This document shows, in pieces, positions 18,574 through 28,101 of a stretch of DNA of 64,000 nt. Made by a program: the position numbers and the translations under genes. A model generated the notes under the pieces. The model ran no database searches. It had not been told where the DNA came from and saw only the letters and a list, made by a program, of their open reading frames with translations. Every line of letters starts with the position of its first letter. Position 1 is the first letter of the stretch. Location: NCBI GenBank assembly GCA_963783375.1, contig CAWANH010000028.1:1888001-1952000 (forward strand), read 5' to 3'. The stretch comes from Candidatus Eiseniibacteriota bacterium. GTDB taxonomy: Bacteria > Eisenbacteria > RBG-16-71-46 > JABDJR01.

Positions 18574-20750
18574 AGCCCGGCCAGATTTCCCCCCAGAAGC
18601 GCCCGCATCCGCGCCGGGCTGTAGCTTCCCGCCTTCCGGAGCGCTTCCACGAATCCCCAGAGATCGCTTTCGGGGGCGCGGGCGGCCCAGGGAACCAGGT
18701 CCAGGTGTACCCGGTCCGCACCCAACCGATCGATCACCGAGGCCAAAGTGTCGGCCTCCACCGGCCCGTCGAGGTCGGCCACGAAGACCGTGGTCTTCCG
18801 GGGCCAGGCTTCGGGGTGGGCCACCGCGCCGCCGTGTCCGGGGCGGAAGCGGACCGCGGCCTTGACCCCGGCCGGGAGCGCGGCCGACCACGCGCTGTCG
18901 GCGGGAATCACCAGCACCCGGCCGTTCCCGCCCAGCTCCTTCACGTAGCCGGTGTCCGCCGCTCCCGGCGCCCGGCCGCTCCATCGCACGAAGGCGACCC
19001 GGAGGTCGTCCATGAGCGCGAGGTTGGCGGGCTCGATCCGGGAGCGGACTCCGGTTTCCACCCCCAGGGCGAGCGCCCGCGCTCCCGCCTTCGACGCGCC
19101 GCGGATCCCGCCCAGGGACGCGGCCAGGGCGAAGCCGTCGTCGTCGGCCGCGCGCTTCTCGAAGCTTCCGAGCGCGGAGACGAAGGCGGGCTGGGGAAAC
19201 TCCCGGGCCCCGTACCAGCGCGCGCGGCCCCGGATCCAGCTCGGAGCATCGTCCGCGGTCACCCCGTCCAGGTCCACCTGGTCCGCGCCGTAGAGAAGCG
19301 TGCGGCCGTCGCGGTGCTCCACCGCCAGGGGATGGGGCCAGTCGGCCAGGGTTCGGATCCAGCGTTCGCTCATCCGACCCACCGAGCCCAGCACCTCCGG
19401 GGTGATCCAGGCCGCGTCGTCGTCCACCGAATGGTAGAACGGGTGGTCTCCCTCGCTCCACACCGTGAAGGCGGGGATGCCCAGGTTCCGGAACGAGGAA
19501 TGGTCGCTGGAGTCGCCCCCCCAGGCCCGGGCCGCCACCAGGCTCTCGGCGGTGGCGGGGGAGAGGGACGCCCGGAAGCCCTTCCAGATCCCGGGGAAGT
19601 ACTCCCCGCCTCCCAGCCCCACCTTGCCGTTCCCGTTGCCCTCCATGTCGAGGTTCACCATGGCCACCGCCCGGTCGAGGTCCACGGTGGGGTCGGCGGC
19701 AAAGGCCCTGGACCCCAGGAGCCCCTGCTCCTCTCCCGCGAAGGTGATGAAGACCAGGGTGCGGGCGGGGGGAGGACCGGCGGCGAACGAGCGGGCCAGC
19801 TCCATCACCACCGAGGCCCCGGAGCCGTTGTCGTCGGCGCCGTTGTAGACCACCCCGTTCCCGTTCGGCCCGAGGTGGTCCATGTGGCCGCCGATCACGA
19901 TCAGCTCGTCGGCGCGCGCGGGATCGGAGCCGCGGACGGCCCCGATCACGTTTCGCGCCGTGCCCTCGGTCCCCGCGGTCACCTCGGCCCGGAAGCGCAA
20001 TCGCTTTCCGGTGTCGAGCGGAAGCGGATGCTCTCCGAGCGCGATCTTGTAGGTCTTGGCATTGTAGCCGGAGTTCACCAGGAGCCGGTCGAGGAGCCGG
20101 GGTCCCACCATCGCCATGGGCACCGTCGGGTGATAGACCTCCCGGTGGATGGCCGCCCCGTTCACCGGATGGTCTCCCTGGAGAAAGAGCACCGCGACCG
20201 CGCCGCGGCGGACCGCCTCGGTGAGGGTGGAGTCGCGGGATCCCGCCTCGCTCCAGTCGTACCCGTTCCCGGGGGTGCCCCGAAGGATGAAGGCGATCTT
20301 CCCCCGGAGATCGACGTCCCCGTAGTCGTCCCACTTCCGGCCGGGGTCGCACAGTCCATGTCCTGCCAGGATCACGTCTGCGGTCACGTCTCCGCTCCCG
20401 GAGTTGGTGACCAGGTCGAAGTCGGCGCCGTAGACCATGGGCACCGGACCCATCGGATCGTCGAGGAGGGTCATCTCCGCGCCGCGTTCTTGCGTGACCA
20501 GAAGCGGCAGGGTCTGAAACCACGCGCCGTCTTTCCCCCCGGGCGCAAGACCCCATGCGGCGAACCGGCCGGCCACGAAGTCCTCGGTCATCCGGCCGCC
20601 CGCCGTGCCGCTCTTCCGGCCCTGGTAGCGGTCGGAGGCGAGGGTGTCCACCAGGGCCTTGGCCCGGGCGCCGTCGAAGGCGAGGGCGGGCCGGAGGCCG
20701 GAGAGGGAAAAACCCACGAGGAGGAGGAAGACGATGCGTCGCTCAGCCAT
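18570..20750 (-). CDS. Secreted M28 peptidase with PA domain and degenerate dipeptidase-like C-terminus
   Basis: GGHMDHLG, NGADDNGSG, FAGEEQGLLGS, NLDM, SDHSSF, YHSVDD. Confidence 0.88.
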   Translation of the reverse strand: MAERRIVFLLLVGFSLSGLRPALAFDGARAKALVDTLASDRYQGRKSGTAGGRMTEDFVAGRFAAWGLAPGGKDGAWFQTLPLLVTQERGAEMTLLDDPMGPVPMVYGADFDLVTNSGSGDVTADVILAGHGLCDPGRKWDDYGDVDLRGKIAFILRGTPGNGYDWSEAGSRDSTLTEAVRRGAVAVLFLQGDHPVNGAAIHREVYHPTVPMAMVGPRLLDRLLVNSGYNAKTYKIALGEHPLPLDTGKRLRFRAEVTAGTEGTARNVIGAVRGSDPARADELIVIGGHMDHLGPNGNGVVYNGADDNGSGASVVMELARSFAAGPPPARTLVFITFAGEEQGLLGSRAFAADPTVDLDRAVAMVNLDMEGNGNGKVGLGGGEYFPGIWKGFRASLSPATAESLVAARAWGGDSSDHSSFRNLGIPAFTVWSEGDHPFYHSVDDDAAWITPEVLGSVGRMSERWIRTLADWPHPLAVEHRDGRTLLYGADQVDLDGVTADDAPSWIRGRARWYGAREFPQPAFVSALGSFEKRAADDDGFALAASLGGIRGASKAGARALALGVETGVRSRIEPANLALMDDLRVAFVRWSGRAPGAADTGYVKELGGNGRVLVIPADSAWSAALPAGVKAAVRFRPGHGGAVAHPEAWPRKTTVFVADLDGPVEADTLASVIDRLGADRVHLDLVPWAARAPESDLWGFVEALRKAGSYSPARMRALLGGNLAGL

Positions 20751-20894
20751 GGAACGCTCCTTCGATCGGTGACGGGGGCGCGGGTGAGGCCAATATAGTC
20801 AACGCCGCCCGAGCGGAACAGGCGTATTCAAGGGGCGGCCCGGGCCCGAAGCACGGAGCGTCGACGCATCCGGCCGGGACATCCCGATTGGCGG

Positions 20895-22961
20895 CTACGG
20901 GGAGCCCGGTTTGTCGGCCATGCCGCCCCCCGCGGCCAGACGATCGAGGGCCCGGCGGGCCTTCCGGTTCCCCGGCTCGACGGCGAGCGCTTGCCGGTAC
21001 GCCGACGCCGCGTCCCCGGGCCGGCCGCTGGCCTCCAGGACCAGCCCGAGGTTCGTGTAGGCGCGCACGTAGCCCGGTTCCTCGGCGATCAGCTCGCGGA
21101 AGACCGACTCCGCCGTCCCCAGGTCCCCGAGCTTGTAGCGGCAGAGGCCGATGTTGTTGGTCATGCTCACCGCCTGGGCCCGGTTCCCCTCGGCCTGGTA
21201 GCGGATGCGCAGGGACTCGAAGGCGGTCAGGGCTTCGGCGTAGCGACGGTCGAAGTAGAGCCGCTCCGCGGCGATCCGGTCCCGGTCGGCTCCGGACATC
21301 GGCGCCGGCGGCCTGGATTCCCGGCCCCCCCGGGCGAAGCTCCGGCCCAGCTCGGCGAGACGGCGGGCTTCGGCGTCGTTTCCGCGGGTCGCTTCGATCG
21401 CGGCCAGGGCCTCGTAGGCCGGGGGAAACCGGGGGTCGATGTCCAGGGATCTCCGGAGCATGGCCTCTGCCGCCCGGTCGTCGCCGCGTTCCTTGTAGAG
21501 CACGCCGAAGTTGTAGTAGTCGACCCGCTTCACCGACTGCAGGGTCATGAGCCGGTCCCGGGTGTTGCAGAAGACCAGGAGTCCGGCGAGCAGCAGGCCG
21601 GCCACCGCGGCCTCGCCCCCGCTGATCCCGGCCGGACGCGGCCCGCGCCCCCCGCCCAGGCGCACCCCGGGGCGCCGCCGGGCCCGGAAATCCCGCGCCA
21701 CCGCGGCGGGGATCGACGCCGCGAACACCAGGAGCACCGGCAGCACCGGCAGGCGGTACTCGGCCGAGACGTAGAAGAGGAGCGCGGTCAGGAGATACAC
21801 CGAGCCGTAGAGATAGAGGATCAGGTGCTCCCGCCATCGTCGCCTCGAAAGATACATCCCGACCAGTCCCAACGGCGCCACCGTCCCGAACCCCAGGACC
21901 AGGAAGCGGAGGAGTCCGGAGTAGTCCCGGGCGAAGTAGAAGTTCAGGTTGGTGGGGGATTCGGTGCGGTTCCAGAAGTAGTAGAACTTCCGCGCGGTGA
22001 GGCGAAGCTCCCGTCCCGGGTGGTCGACCGCCCAGCTCACGCCCTTCCGGAACAGAACCGCCGAGGCCTCGGCCAGGGTGACCGGGCGCCCCAGTTCGGC
22101 GGAGACCGCCTTCACCGCCCCCGTCACCTCCCCTTCGTAGGCGGCGGTGGCCGCGAAGTCGGGAAGGGCGTAGAGGCCGGTGGCCCGGTCGTTGTGCCCG
22201 ATGTAGAACGCGGCGTAGTTCGCGGAGAGGGGGACGAAGCGCCCCTCCACCAGGGCGTTCCGGACGGTCATGGCCGCGGGGAGGAGGAGGGCGGCGGCGG
22301 TGAAGAGCGCCCACCGCGCGACCGCCCTTCGTCGGGACCCGGAAACCGTGGCGAAGAACCAGAGGCTCAAGGGAACCAGGAGGAGGCTGTTCCCGCGTCC
22401 GAGCGAGGCCAGGCCCAGGGCCAGACCGGCGGGGACGAGAAGCCGCGCGCTTCGAAGGTCGCGGTAGAGGATCAGGAGGAGGAGCGCGGCGGTGGAGAGG
22501 AGGTTGATGAGAACCGGGGTGAGAAGCGCTCCGGTATAGAAGACCGAGGGAGCGTAGACCGCGGCGGCCAGCCCCGCGGTCCAGGCGGCGATCCGGCCGA
22601 ACACCCGGCCGGCGAGGAGAAAGACGAGGGCCGCGGTGAGCGATCCCAGGACCGCCTGCGCCGCCAGCACCGGGCCGTTCCCGCCGCCGGTGAGCTTCAG
22701 GACCGCGGCCAGGAAGTAGGGATAGAGGAGGTTCATCGAGTAGACCTCCTCTCCGTGGAACGTTCCGGAGAGGATGAGCCCGGCGAAGCGATGGTAGGTG
22801 TCGGAGTCGATGAGGAGGAGATCGGTGAGCGGGGTGCCGTGGATCTGAAAGAGGTAGACCGCCCGCACCGCCAGCGCGGCGAGAAACACGGTGAGGGCGC
22901 CGCGGGTCGCCCGGATCCGGGCGCTTCCGGCGCCCGAGGGCGCGGGTGGTGGCGTGGGCAT
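20895..22961 (-). CDS. GT-C (PMT_2/GT39-like) membrane glycosyltransferase with C-terminal TPRs
   Basis: DSDTY early loop motif, LYPYFLA, many TM helices, YRLPVLP, TPR helices (NNIGLC, AYTNLG). Confidence 0.8.
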   Translation of the reverse strand: MPTPPPAPSGAGSARIRATRGALTVFLAALAVRAVYLFQIHGTPLTDLLLIDSDTYHRFAGLILSGTFHGEEVYSMNLLYPYFLAAVLKLTGGGNGPVLAAQAVLGSLTAALVFLLAGRVFGRIAAWTAGLAAAVYAPSVFYTGALLTPVLINLLSTAALLLLILYRDLRSARLLVPAGLALGLASLGRGNSLLLVPLSLWFFATVSGSRRRAVARWALFTAAALLLPAAMTVRNALVEGRFVPLSANYAAFYIGHNDRATGLYALPDFAATAAYEGEVTGAVKAVSAELGRPVTLAEASAVLFRKGVSWAVDHPGRELRLTARKFYYFWNRTESPTNLNFYFARDYSGLLRFLVLGFGTVAPLGLVGMYLSRRRWREHLILYLYGSVYLLTALLFYVSAEYRLPVLPVLLVFAASIPAAVARDFRARRRPGVRLGGGRGPRPAGISGGEAAVAGLLLAGLLVFCNTRDRLMTLQSVKRVDYYNFGVLYKERGDDRAAEAMLRRSLDIDPRFPPAYEALAAIEATRGNDAEARRLAELGRSFARGGRESRPPAPMSGADRDRIAAERLYFDRRYAEALTAFESLRIRYQAEGNRAQAVSMTNNIGLCRYKLGDLGTAESVFRELIAEEPGYVRAYTNLGLVLEASGRPGDAASAYRQALAVEPGNRKARRALDRLAAGGGMADKPGSP

Positions 22962-23032
22962 GCTCCTCCGGAGGATGACGGACCGGTGCGGGACGGGCCC
23001 GCGTGGTGCGGGCGATTCCAGACCATATGAAG

Positions 23033-23116
23033 TGACCGGTCTCGCAATCCGTAGAATCGCGGGCTATCAGGCGGTGGCCGTCTGAATACCGCATACGGAT
23101 GAAAGGAGACCGGTCA
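23033..23116 (+). ncRNA. Long structured hairpin in the IS110 leader (possible bridge-RNA remnant)
   Basis: Nested inverted repeats tgaccggtctc/gagaccggtca, atccgta/tacggat, gcgg/ccgc, tcaggcgg/ccgtctga. Confidence 0.45.
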
Positions 23117-23313
23117 TGGCGAAGCGTATCACGTAGGTGGGGATGGATGATTCCAAGAAGGATCTGGCGGTGGCGGTGGTGCGTGGGGAGCGGGCGAGGG
23201 AGGTGGCGGAGCGGACGATCCCGAACGAGGACAAGGCGTTGCGGCGGTGGGCACGGCGGCTGGAACGGGAGTCGGGTGGGGGTCGGATCCGGATGTGCTA
23301 CGAGGCGGGCCCG
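23116..23313 (+). pseudogene. IS110-family recombinase N-terminal fragment
   Basis: AAAGGAG RBS; MAKRIT*VGMDDSKKDLAVAV...IPN...CYEAGP matches the DEDD IS110 N-terminus; in-frame TAG at 23134; similarity lost after 23313. Confidence 0.8.
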
Positions 23314-23479
23314 GTGGCGGGTCCGCCCCGCTCTTCGGGCTCCGCCCGGCGATCCGGAACGCGCGTGCCCGCCCCGCCGGGAAGGAGTATCCTTTCCCGC
23401 CGGGCTCACCGGAGCGGGGGCCGGGCGCGCAACCGGCCGAGCGACCCGCGGCGGGGCATCGGGGAAAGGGGTGTGGATC

Positions 23480-24679
23480 ATGACGGCGACCAAGGGCACC
23501 ATCGGCATTCTCACCGGAGGCGGCGACGTTCCCGGGCTGAACCCGGCCATCCGCGCGGTCACCCTCCGGGCCCTCCACGAGGGATACCGGGTTCTCGGCC
23601 TCCAGCGGGGCTGGGCCGGGCTCACCGAGCTGGTTCCCCATTCCGGCGCGGACAACCGGGAACACGTGATCGAGCTCACCGAGGACATCGTGAACCGGGT
23701 GGGCCGGACCGGGGGGACCTTCCTCCACACCTCGCGTACCCGGCCGAGCCACCTCCCGCGCCTCGCCCTGCCCGAGCACCTCCGGGACCGCTACCCCGGA
23801 GAGATCAGCGACATCACCCCCGATGTGCTCCGGAACCTCGAGTTCCTCGGGGTGGACGTGCTCATCCCCATCGGCGGCGACGACACCCTGAGCTACGCCC
23901 ATCGCCTCCATACCGAGGGCATGAAGGTGGTGGCCATCCCCAAGACCATGGACAACGACGTCCCCGGCACCGACTACTGCGTGGGGTTCAGCACCTGCAT
24001 CACCCGGACCATCGAGCTCACCCACCGGCTCCGCACCACCGCAGGCTCCCACGAGCGCTTCCTGGTCATCGAGGTGTTCGGGCGCTACGCGGGATACACC
24101 GTGCTGCTCCCCACCCTGGCCGGGGCCGCGGACCGGTGCGTGATTCCGGAGTGCCCCTTCGAGGCGGAGCGCCTGGCCGAGATCCTGAGCGCGGACCGCC
24201 GGCGGAATCCGAGCCGCTACGCGGTGGTCCTGGTCTCCGAGGGCGCGCGGATGGCCGGGGAAGGGGACATGGTGTACGAGAGCGAGGAGACCGACCAGTA
24301 CGGCCACAAACGGCTGGGGGGGATCGGCGACCACGTGGCGGTGCGCCTGAAGGAGCTTTCCCCGAAGTACAACGCCGGCCAGCGGGTGAGCGTGGTGAGC
24401 CAGCGGCTGGGCTACCTGGTCCGCTGCGGCGACCCCGACGCCCTGGACTCCGTGGTCCCCATGGCCTTCGGAAACCTCGCCCTGGATCTGGTCCTGGCCG
24501 GGGAGACCGGACGGTTGGTGAGCGTGCGGAAGGGAGTCTTCGACGCGGTTCCCCTGGACGTGGTCTCGGGTCCCAAGAAGTTCGTGGACGTTGAGCGATC
24601 CTACGAACCGGACCGGCTCCGTCCGAAATACGCGCGCTTCCAGGGCCGCCCTCTCCTGATGATGTCCGGCGAGGCGTGA
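23480..24679 (+). CDS. pfk: 6-phosphofructokinase, probably PPi-dependent
   Basis: LTGGGDVPGLN, GGTFLHTSR, IGGDDT, PKTMDND, EVFGR, LGYLVR. Confidence 0.92.
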   Translation: MTATKGTIGILTGGGDVPGLNPAIRAVTLRALHEGYRVLGLQRGWAGLTELVPHSGADNREHVIELTEDIVNRVGRTGGTFLHTSRTRPSHLPRLALPEHLRDRYPGEISDITPDVLRNLEFLGVDVLIPIGGDDTLSYAHRLHTEGMKVVAIPKTMDNDVPGTDYCVGFSTCITRTIELTHRLRTTAGSHERFLVIEVFGRYAGYTVLLPTLAGAADRCVIPECPFEAERLAEILSADRRRNPSRYAVVLVSEGARMAGEGDMVYESEETDQYGHKRLGGIGDHVAVRLKELSPKYNAGQRVSVVSQRLGYLVRCGDPDALDSVVPMAFGNLALDLVLAGETGRLVSVRKGVFDAVPLDVVSGPKKFVDVERSYEPDRLRPKYARFQGRPLLMMSGEA

Positions 24680-24749
24680 CCGAAGCGCCCAACCGGCGCG
24701 CTCCCAACTCCTTGTCCGCCTGACCCGGGCGTCCCCGCCGTTTTCCGGG

Positions 24750-24776
24750 TAAGGATGTCCGGCCCCCTGCCGATAA
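24750..24776 (+). promoter_or_regulatory. Sigma28 (FliA) promoter
   Basis: TAAG-N15-GCCGATAA, 54 bp before the 24831 start. Confidence 0.8.
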
Positions 24777-24830
24777 CCGTGCAAAACGCAATCCCGGGGA
24801 CCGTCCCGGACCACGGCAAGGGGGGGAACA

Positions 24831-27287
24831 TTGGCCGACCGCCGCATCCGCGACATCGAACGCCTCATCGAATCGGGGCGCTACGCGCTCCTGAGCCTGG
24901 ACCTCTTCGACACCGTCATCTGGCGGATGGTGCCCGAACCGCGCGACGCCTTCTTCCTGGTGGCCCGCCGCCTCCTGGAGCGCGGTTGGATGCGCCCCTC
25001 CTCCTCCCCCGAGAGCTTCCTCAAGGAACGCGTCGGGGCCGAGGAGCGGGCCCGGCTGAACGTGGCCTCGCGGGAGGTGACCCTGGCCGAGATCTACGCC
25101 GCCTTTCCCCGGGGCTACCTCCACGGCGCCGCCCCGGCCGACGTGGCCGATCTGGAGTTCGAGGTGGAGCGGGAACTGGTGCGGGTGAACCCCGACATGC
25201 GGGCCCTGATCGCCCGGGCCCGGGATCGGGGTCTCGAGGTGGCCTTCGTCTCCGACAGCTATTTCACCGCCGACCAGATCCGGGTCCTGGCGGGGATCGA
25301 ACCGGATCACCTGCTCGTCTCCTCCGCCGAACGGATCTCCAAGTACCAGGGCCTCCACCGCCTCCTGATCGAGCGGGCGGGGGTCGAGCCTTCGCGCGTG
25401 CTCCACGTGGGAAACGACTACCACGCCGACGTCGAGGGACCGGCCGCGTTCGGCCTCGACCGCTACTGGTTCCGGGTCTGGCCCGAGGCCTACGAGGATC
25501 TGCCGAAGCGCGAGCTTCCCTCCACCCTGAGCGAGCGGGCGGCGGCGCTCACCGGCCACGACGCGGGCCTCACCACGCTCCGGAGCCGGACCATGGCCGC
25601 GTGCTCCGACGAGTACGAGCGCTGGGGGGCGGGGATTCTCGGGCCGGTGGTGGCGGGTTTCGCGGACTGGGCGGCCGGCCGCTGCCGCGAGCTGGGCATC
25701 GACACCGTGCTCTGCCTCATGCGGGAAGGCCGGGTGCTGAAGGCGGTGCTGGACGACCTCGATTCGGGGCTGGCCGCCCGGGAACTCTACATCTCCCGCT
25801 ACGCCGCCCGGAAAGCGGCCATCCTGGACGGGACCGAGGATGAGCTCCTGCGCTTCGCCTTCCGTCCCTCCCCGGAGGCCCGCGGGGTGATCCTGGAGCA
25901 GCTCGGCCTGGATCCGGAGGACCTGGACTCCGCGGACCCCGGGGAGCGCCTGGACCCCAAGGCCTCCCGCGCCCTCATTCGACGGGTCGCCGCGGACCGC
26001 GCGCTCCGGGAGAAGGTTCTCCGGGACGCCGCGCGGGTCCGGGCCGGGCTCCTGGCCCACCTCCACCGGGTCCTCGGCGAAACGCGCGCCGAGCGAATCG
26101 CGGTGATGGACCTCGGCTACAAGGGCACCATCCAGGAGTGCCTGCAACGCATCCTGGAGCGCGAGAACCCCAAGCTCACCACCCACGGGTTCTACCTGGT
26201 GACCGGGGGAGAGGTCCACGAGACCCAGGCCACCGGCGCGGTGGTGGAGGGGTGGCTGGCCGAGAACGGACAGCCGATCGCGGTGGCCCACACCTTCATG
26301 CGCTCCCCCGAGATCGTGGAGCAGAGCCTCATGGCCCCCTGCGGAAGCACCGTGGGCTACGCCGCGGACGGCGAGCCGGTGCTGGGGGAGAACCCGATCG
26401 GACCCGAGCAGGGGGGCCGGATCGAGGCGGTCCAGCAGGGGATCCGCCGCTGGGCCCGGGCCTGGCGGGAGCACAAGGACACCCACCGCGTCACCGACCC
26501 GGGCGGGCTCAAGGAGTTCTACCGGAACATCTGCATCGCCTCGGTGGCCCGGCCGCTCCCGGTGGAGCTGGAGCTGTTCGGGGACTGGCGGCACGACGAG
26601 AACTTCGGCTCCCGCCGCACCCGCGGACTGGCCGAGGCGGAGGGACTCTCCGCCTGGGAGCTGGATCATCTTTCGCCCCACCAGCTGGCCAGCCTCCCCA
26701 TGTCCCGCCTCCACTGGCCCTTCGGCCTGGCCCGCCGGATGGGCCCGGTGATGGGGGAGGCGGTGACCCACATCTTTCTCCGCACCGCCGAGCCCTCGGT
26801 CTTCGATTCCGGCCATCCCGATCAGGTGATGGCGGTCTACTGGGACACCGGGGCCGGCTTCAACCGCGATCAGTCCAAGGTAATCCCCTACCGGTTGAAC
26901 CACCGGGGGCGGGTCTGGCAGCGGGTCACCCTCCGGCGGGACGGCCAGGGGCGCACCGCCTCGCGCCTGGCCTTCAGCATCGGGATCCCGGGGCAGGTCG
27001 TCCAGTTCACCGGGGTCGCTCTCGCCGAGGCCTCGGGGGAGCGGGCCGGAGAGCCGCGTCGGCTGACCCATGAGGGGATCGAACGGCACGGCTACCGGCC
27101 CCTCCACGGGAACCTCTACCTGGTGGAAGAGGACCCGGCGGTGTTCGTGGTGCCGGTGGAGGAACGCGACCCCGGGGCGGAGCGGATCGAGGTGGACATC
27201 TTTTTCGGCCTGGTGATGGCCGCGGAACCCGCGGCGGAGGTCGTGGCGCCCGCCCCGGCCGAGCCCGCGGTTCTCCAGGAGGGTTGA
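24831..27287 (+). CDS. HAD phosphatase + PRTase-like glycan-modifying protein (putative ribofuranosyltransferase)
   Basis: SLDLFDT, VSDSY, HVGNDYHAD HAD motifs; then LMREG and VMDLGYKGTIQ; TTG start. Confidence 0.7.
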   Translation: MADRRIRDIERLIESGRYALLSLDLFDTVIWRMVPEPRDAFFLVARRLLERGWMRPSSSPESFLKERVGAEERARLNVASREVTLAEIYAAFPRGYLHGAAPADVADLEFEVERELVRVNPDMRALIARARDRGLEVAFVSDSYFTADQIRVLAGIEPDHLLVSSAERISKYQGLHRLLIERAGVEPSRVLHVGNDYHADVEGPAAFGLDRYWFRVWPEAYEDLPKRELPSTLSERAAALTGHDAGLTTLRSRTMAACSDEYERWGAGILGPVVAGFADWAAGRCRELGIDTVLCLMREGRVLKAVLDDLDSGLAARELYISRYAARKAAILDGTEDELLRFAFRPSPEARGVILEQLGLDPEDLDSADPGERLDPKASRALIRRVAADRALREKVLRDAARVRAGLLAHLHRVLGETRAERIAVMDLGYKGTIQECLQRILERENPKLTTHGFYLVTGGEVHETQATGAVVEGWLAENGQPIAVAHTFMRSPEIVEQSLMAPCGSTVGYAADGEPVLGENPIGPEQGGRIEAVQQGIRRWARAWREHKDTHRVTDPGGLKEFYRNICIASVARPLPVELELFGDWRHDENFGSRRTRGLAEAEGLSAWELDHLSPHQLASLPMSRLHWPFGLARRMGPVMGEAVTHIFLRTAEPSVFDSGHPDQVMAVYWDTGAGFNRDQSKVIPYRLNHRGRVWQRVTLRRDGQGRTASRLAFSIGIPGQVVQFTGVALAEASGERAGEPRRLTHEGIERHGYRPLHGNLYLVEEDPAVFVVPVEERDPGAERIEVDIFFGLVMAAEPAAEVVAPAPAEPAVLQEG

Positions 27288-27288
27288 G

Positions 27289-28101
27289 ATGGCGGAGCTG
27301 TTGCTTCATTCGCTGGCCGAGTTCGGCGAGATCGTGCTCGGCGTGTTGCAGTTGTCCGGGGCGCGAAGCGTGGTGGAGGTAGGCTCGGAGTACGGGACCA
27401 TGACCCGGCTCCTGGCCGCCCACGCCGCGGAGCGGGAAGGATCGCTGGTGGCGGTGGACCCCGCGCCCTCGGCGGGAGCGCGGCGGCTCTTCGACGAAAC
27501 CCCCGCCGCCGAGCTGATCGAAAAGCCGAGCCTGGAAGCGCTCGGCGACCTCGCCGCCGACGCCTACGTGGTGGACGGGGACCACAATTATTTCACCGTG
27601 ATCGAGGAATCACGTTTGATATGGGAGACCACCCGGCGGGCGGGGAAGCCGTTCCTGGTCTTCTACCACGACGTGGCCTGGCCCTGGGGCCGGCGCGACC
27701 TCTACTACGATCCCGGGCGGATTCCCGCCGGGCACCGGCATCCCTTCACCTGGGACCACGGGGTGGTTCCGGGGGAACCGGGAGTGGTGGAGGGCGGATT
27801 CCGCGGCGAAGGGGGATGGGCCTGCGCGCTCCGCGAGGGGGGACCCCAGAACGGGGTGCTCACCGCCATCGAGGACTTCGTCCCGGGAAAGGAGGAAGAA
27901 CTCCTGTGGGCGGCGATCCCGGCGGTGTTCGGTCTCGGGGTGCTGTTCGAACGGAACGCGCCGTGGTCCGAGGCGGTGCAGGGTTTCCTGCTCCCCTATC
28001 ACGAGAACCCGCTCCTGGCCCGCCTGGAGCAGAACCGGCTCGAGTGCTACCTCCGGGTGATCGAGTGGCAGGACCGGAACCATGCCGAACACGCTGCGTG
28101 A
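27289..28101 (+). CDS. Class I SAM-dependent methyltransferase (Methyltransf_24-like)
   Basis: VVEVGSEYG, VAVDP, VDGDHNY, FYHDV, GVLTAIEDF. Confidence 0.85.
   Translation: MAELLLHSLAEFGEIVLGVLQLSGARSVVEVGSEYGTMTRLLAAHAAEREGSLVAVDPAPSAGARRLFDETPAAELIEKPSLEALGDLAADAYVVDGDHNYFTVIEESRLIWETTRRAGKPFLVFYHDVAWPWGRRDLYYDPGRIPAGHRHPFTWDHGVVPGEPGVVEGGFRGEGGWACALREGGPQNGVLTAIEDFVPGKEEELLWAAIPAVFGLGVLFERNAPWSEAVQGFLLPYHENPLLARLEQNRLECYLRVIEWQDRNHAEHAA

Noticed and set aside
23137-24594. 485-aa ORF starting with IS110-like sequence
   Set aside because: Only the first ~60 codons resemble IS110; the rest is an off-frame shadow of pfk, not a full transposase or a fusion.
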